From the NCBI RefSeq assembly GCF_030684315.1, contig NC_081369.1, positions 17,756,658 through 17,817,753 of the forward strand: a stretch of DNA of 61,096 bases, in the 5' to 3' direction. The position numbers were made by a program, and so were the translations under genes. Shown here one piece after another: positions 56,730 through 61,096 of the stretch; position 1 is the stretch's first letter, and each line of letters opens with the position of its first letter. The DNA is from Stegostoma tigrinum (Eukaryota). Under the pieces are notes generated by a model, which was not told the DNA's origin, did no database searches, and was given only the letters and a program-made list of their open reading frames with translations.

Positions 56730-59328
56730 TAGAACATAGAACATTACAGCGCAGTACAGGCCCTTCGGCCCTCGAAGTTGCGCAGACCTGTGAAACCAAT
56801 CTGAAGACCATCTAACCTAGCCCATCTAACTATTCCGTTATCATCCATATGTTTATCCAATGACGATTTAAATGCCCTTAAAGTTGGCAAGATTACTACT
56901 GTTGCAGGCAGGGCATTCCATGCCCTTACTACTCTCTGAGTAAAGAACCTACCTCTGACTTCTGTCCTATATCTATCACTCCTCAATTTAAAGCTATGCC
57001 CCCTTGTGCTAGCCATCACCATCCTAGGAAAAAGGCTCTCACTGTCCACCCTATCTAATCCTCTGTTCATCTTGTATGTCTCTATTAAGTCACCTCTTAA
57101 CCTTCTTCTCTCTAAGGAAAACAGCCTCAAGTCCCTCAGTCCTTTCTCATAAGACCTTCCCTCCATACCAGGCAACATCCTGGTAAATCTCCTCTGCACC
57201 CTTTCCAATGCTTCCACATCCTTCCTATAGTGCGGCGACCAGAACTGTATACAATACTCCAAGTGCGGCCGCACCAGAGTTTTGTACAGCTGCAGCATAA
57301 CTCATGGCTCCGAAACTCAATCCCTCTACCAATAAAACGTAAAAAACCATACGCCTTCTTAACAACTGTATCAACCGGGGTAGCAACTTTTAGGGATCTA
57401 TGCGCATGGACACCGAGATCTCTCTGCTCATCGAAACTACCAAGAATCTTACCATTAGCCCAGTACTCTGTATTCTTGTTAGTCCTTCCAAAGTGAATCA
57501 ACTCACACTTTTCCCCATTAAACTCCATTTGTCACCTGTCAGTCCAGCTCTGCAGCTTATCTATGTCTCTCTCTATAACCTGCAACATCCTTCCGCACTA
57601 TCGACAACTCCACCAGCTTTAGCGTCATCCGCAAATTTACTAACCCATCCTTCTAGGCCTTCATCCAAGTCATTTATAAAAATGACAAACAGCAGTGGCC
57701 CCAAAACAGATCCTTGCAGTACACCACTAGTAACTGAACTCCAGGATCATCACCCTCTGTCTTCTTACAGCAAGCCAATTTCTGATCCAAGCTGCTAAAT
57801 CACCCTCAATCCCATACTTCCATATTTTCTGCAATAGCCTACAGTGGGGAACCTTATCAAACGCTTTAATGAAGCCCATATACACCACATCAACCACTTT
57901 ACCCTCATCTACCTGTTTGGTCACCTTCTCAAAGAACTCAGTAAGGTTTGTGAGGCATGACCTACCCTTCACAAAACCGTGCTGACTATCCCTAATCAAT
58001 TTATTCCTTTCTAGATGATTATAAATCCTATCTCTTTTAATCCTTTCCAACACTTTACCTACCACCGAAGTAAGGCTCTCTGGTCTATAATTACCAGGCT
58101 TGTCTCTACTCCCTTCTTGAACAAGGGGACAACATTTGCTATCCTCCAGTCATCTGGCACTATTCCTGTTGACAATGACGACAATAAAGATCAAAGCCAA
58201 AGGCTCTGCAATCTCCTCCCTAGCTTCCCAGACAATCCTAGGATAAATCCCTTCTAGACGAGGGGACTTATCTATTTTCACACTTTCCAGAATTGCTAAC
58301 ACCTCCTCCTTATGAACCTCAATCCCGTCTTGTCTGACAGCCTGTATCTCAGCATTCTCCTCAACAACATTGTCTTTTTCCTGTGTGAATACTGATGAAA
58401 AATATTCATTTAGCGCCTCTCCTATCTCTTCGAACTCCATGCACAACCTCCCACTACTGTCTTTGGCTGGCCCTAATCTTAGTCTTGTCATTCTTTTATT
58501 CCTGACATACCTATTGAAGGCTTTAGGGTTTTCCTTGATCCTACCTGCCAAAGATTTCTCATGTCTCCTCCTGGCTCTTCTTGGCTCTGTTTTTCGGTCC
58601 TTCCTGACTAACTTATAACTCTTAAGCGCCCTAACTGAGCCTTCATGCCTCATCTTTACATAAGCCTCCTTCTTCCTCTTGACATGAGATTCAACTTCTT
58701 TAGTAAACCACGGTTCCCTCACTCGACCACTTCCTCCCTGCCTGACAGGTACATACTTATCAAGGATACGCAGTAGCTGTTCCTTGAACAAGCTCCACAT
58801 TTCAATTGAGCCCAGCCCCTGCAGTTTCTTTCCCCATCGTATGCATCCGAAATCTTGCCTAATCGCCTCATAATTGCCTTTTTCCCAGCTATAACTCTTG
58901 CACTGCGGTATATACCTTGCCCTTTCTATCGCTAAAGTAAACATAACCGAGTTGTGGTCTCTATCACCAAAGTGCTCACCTTCCTCCTATTCTAACATCT
59001 GGCCTGGTTCGTTACCCAGTACCAAATCCAATGCTGCCTCGCCCCTTGCTGGCCTATCTACATACTGAGTCAGGAAACCCTCCTGCACACATTGGACAAA
59101 AACTGGTCCATCTAAAGTACTCAAACTATAGTGTCTCCAGTCAATATTTGGAAAGTTAAAGACCCCATAACAACTACCCTGTTACTTCCGGTCCTATCCA
59201 GAGTCATCTTTGCAATCCTCTCCTCTACATCTCTGGAACTTTTTGGAGGCCTGTAGAAAACTTCTAACAGGGTGACGTCTCCTTTCCCGTTTCTAACCTC
59301 AGCCCATACTACCTCAGTAGACGAGTCC
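56730..59328 (-). mobile_element. CR1-type (HER1-like) LINE, 5'-truncated, with an (ATGTTCT)n tail
   Basis: ORFs 58150..58944, 57727..58065, 57136..57528 and 56744..57298 are consecutive ORF2 pieces (LVRPHLEYCIQFWSP). Tail tagaacatagaacat at 56730-56744. Confidence 0.93.
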
Positions 59329-59799
59329 CTGGAAGCATTAACAAGCTAAATATCACTTTTCAGACTTGATTGGCATCAGTTTCCTCTGGCATGGCCAATG
59401 CTCTCCAAATGTGCAATTGCATGTCATGGTTGCCCAAACTGTGCCCATGTGTATGTCCCAACAGTGAGAGAATGTGAAGCTTCAAAAACAGCAATATATA
59501 TTAACAAAAGTAATATTCGCTAACTACCAAGTTAAAGTTTATTTTTGCATGCCATTGGTTCTAAACCTATTGCATAATGTACAGCAAAATGTATAATGAC
59601 TATTTACAATGTTAATCTGAAAAAAAAAACAAGATTTTGGAAGAATAAGCAGTGTCATTATGCATATTCATCTTAAAGCCAGAAGGCATTTGACAAGGTT
59701 CTCCATAAAAGGGCATAAAAACCTCATGGTGTCGGGGTAACATACTAGCATGGACAGAAGATTGGCTGACTGTCAGGTAACAGACTGGCATGCATAATT

Positions 59800-60953
59800 G
59801 TATCAGAGATAATGGGAACTGCAGATGCTAGAGAATCCAAGATAACAAGGTGTGAAGCTGGATGAACACCCCGCCCCCGCCACAACCGCCAGAAATTCTC
59901 ACACACCACCCCACCAACCTCCGGATACAGCGCATCATCCTCCGACACTTCTAACATTTACAATCCGACCCCACCACCCAAGACATTTTGCAATCCCCAC
60001 CCTTGTCTGCTTTCCGGAGAGACCACTCTCTCTGTGACTCCCTTGTTCGCTCCACACTGCCCTCCAACCCCACCACACCCGGCACCTTCCCCTGCAACCT
60101 CAGGAAATGCTACACTTGCCCCCACACCTCCTCCCTCACCCCCATCCCAGGCCCCAAGATGACTTTCCATATTAAGCAGAGGTTCACCTGCACATCTGCC
60201 AATGTGGTATACTGTATCCATTGTACCTGGTGTGGCTTCCTCTACATTGGGGAAACCAAGTGGAGGCTTGGGGACCGCTTTGCAGAACACCTCCACTCGG
60301 TTCGCAATAAACAACTGCACCTCTCAGTCGCAAACCATTTCAACTCTCCCTCCCATTCTTTAGATGACATGTCCATCATGGGCCTCCTGCAGTGCCACAA
60401 TGATGCCACCCGAAGGTTGCAGGAACAGCAACTCATATTCCGCTTGGGAACCCTGCAGCCCAATGGTATCAATGTGGACTTCACAAGCTTCAAAATCTCC
60501 CTTTCCCCCACTGCATCCCAAAACCAGCCCAGTTCTTCCCCTTCCCCCCACTGCATCCCAAAACCAGCCCAGCTCATCCCCTCCCCCCACTGCATCCCAA
60601 AACCAGCCCAGCCTGTCTCTGCCTCCCTAACCTGTTCTTCCTCTCACCCATCCCTTCCTCCCACCTCAAGCCACACCTCCATTTCCTACCTACTAACCTC
60701 ATCCCACCTCCTTGACCTGTCCGTCTTCCCTGGACTGACCTATCCCCTCCCTACCTCCCCACCTATACTCTCCTCTCCTCCTATCTTCTTTTCTCTCCAT
60801 TTTCAGTCCGCCTCCCCCTCTCTCCCTATTTACTCCAGAACCCTCACCCAATCCCCCTCTCTGATGAAGGGTCTAGGCCTGAAACGTCAGCTTTTGTGCT
60901 CCTGAGATGCTGCTTGGCCTGCTGTGTTCATCCAGCTCCACACTTTGTTATCT
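59800..60953 (+). mobile_element. 5'-truncated Neptune-like Penelope element with an inverted terminal piece and a 15-bp TSD
   Basis: Linker PCNLRKCYTC plus [24 protein letters not shown]. Inverted arm 59800-59868; CTGGCATGCATAATT at 59785-59799 and 60952-60966; hammerhead-like core at 60861-60888. Inserted in a CR1 remnant. Confidence 0.93.
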
Positions 60954-61096
60954 GGCATGCATAATTTTCAGGATGTGACAAGATGCATCTCACAGGGGTC
61001 TGTGTGGGGCCCTCAAGCTTTTACAACTTGTAGCAATGACTTAGCCTGAGAGGATTAAAGATATGGTGGCTTAAATTTGCAGATGACATAATGGTA

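Overview
Eukaryotic genomic DNA from a vertebrate. The repeat content (HE1-type V-SINEs, Deu-domain SINEs, HER1/CR1-type LINEs) points to an elasmobranch, probably a shark; that is an inference. Genes: the first coding exon and CpG-rich promoter of ATP6V0D1 (- strand); a complete AGRP gene (+, 149 aa); two intact 7-exon chymotrypsinogen B-like paralogs (+, 264 and 265 aa); and a heavily decayed third chymotrypsin-family gene upstream of them that the ORF track does not show. The rest is mostly transposon-derived. The main family is a Neptune-like Penelope element (GIY-YIG endonuclease). Its 3' ends carry hammerhead-ribozyme-like cores, and its copies insert as asymmetric foldbacks with 13-16 bp target duplications; one copy holds a reverse-complement copy of its own pre-insertion site. 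Also present are a composite head-VNTR-tail retroposon candidate, an internally deleted POGK-like DNA transposon, and CR1, L2 and RTE remnants. Best leads for novelty: an extra Cys74/Cys153 pair in chymotrypsin paralog 2, the hidden pseudogene, the Penelope foldback/ribozyme architecture and the composite VNTR element. All calls are by eye with no database searches, and repeat boundaries are approximate.
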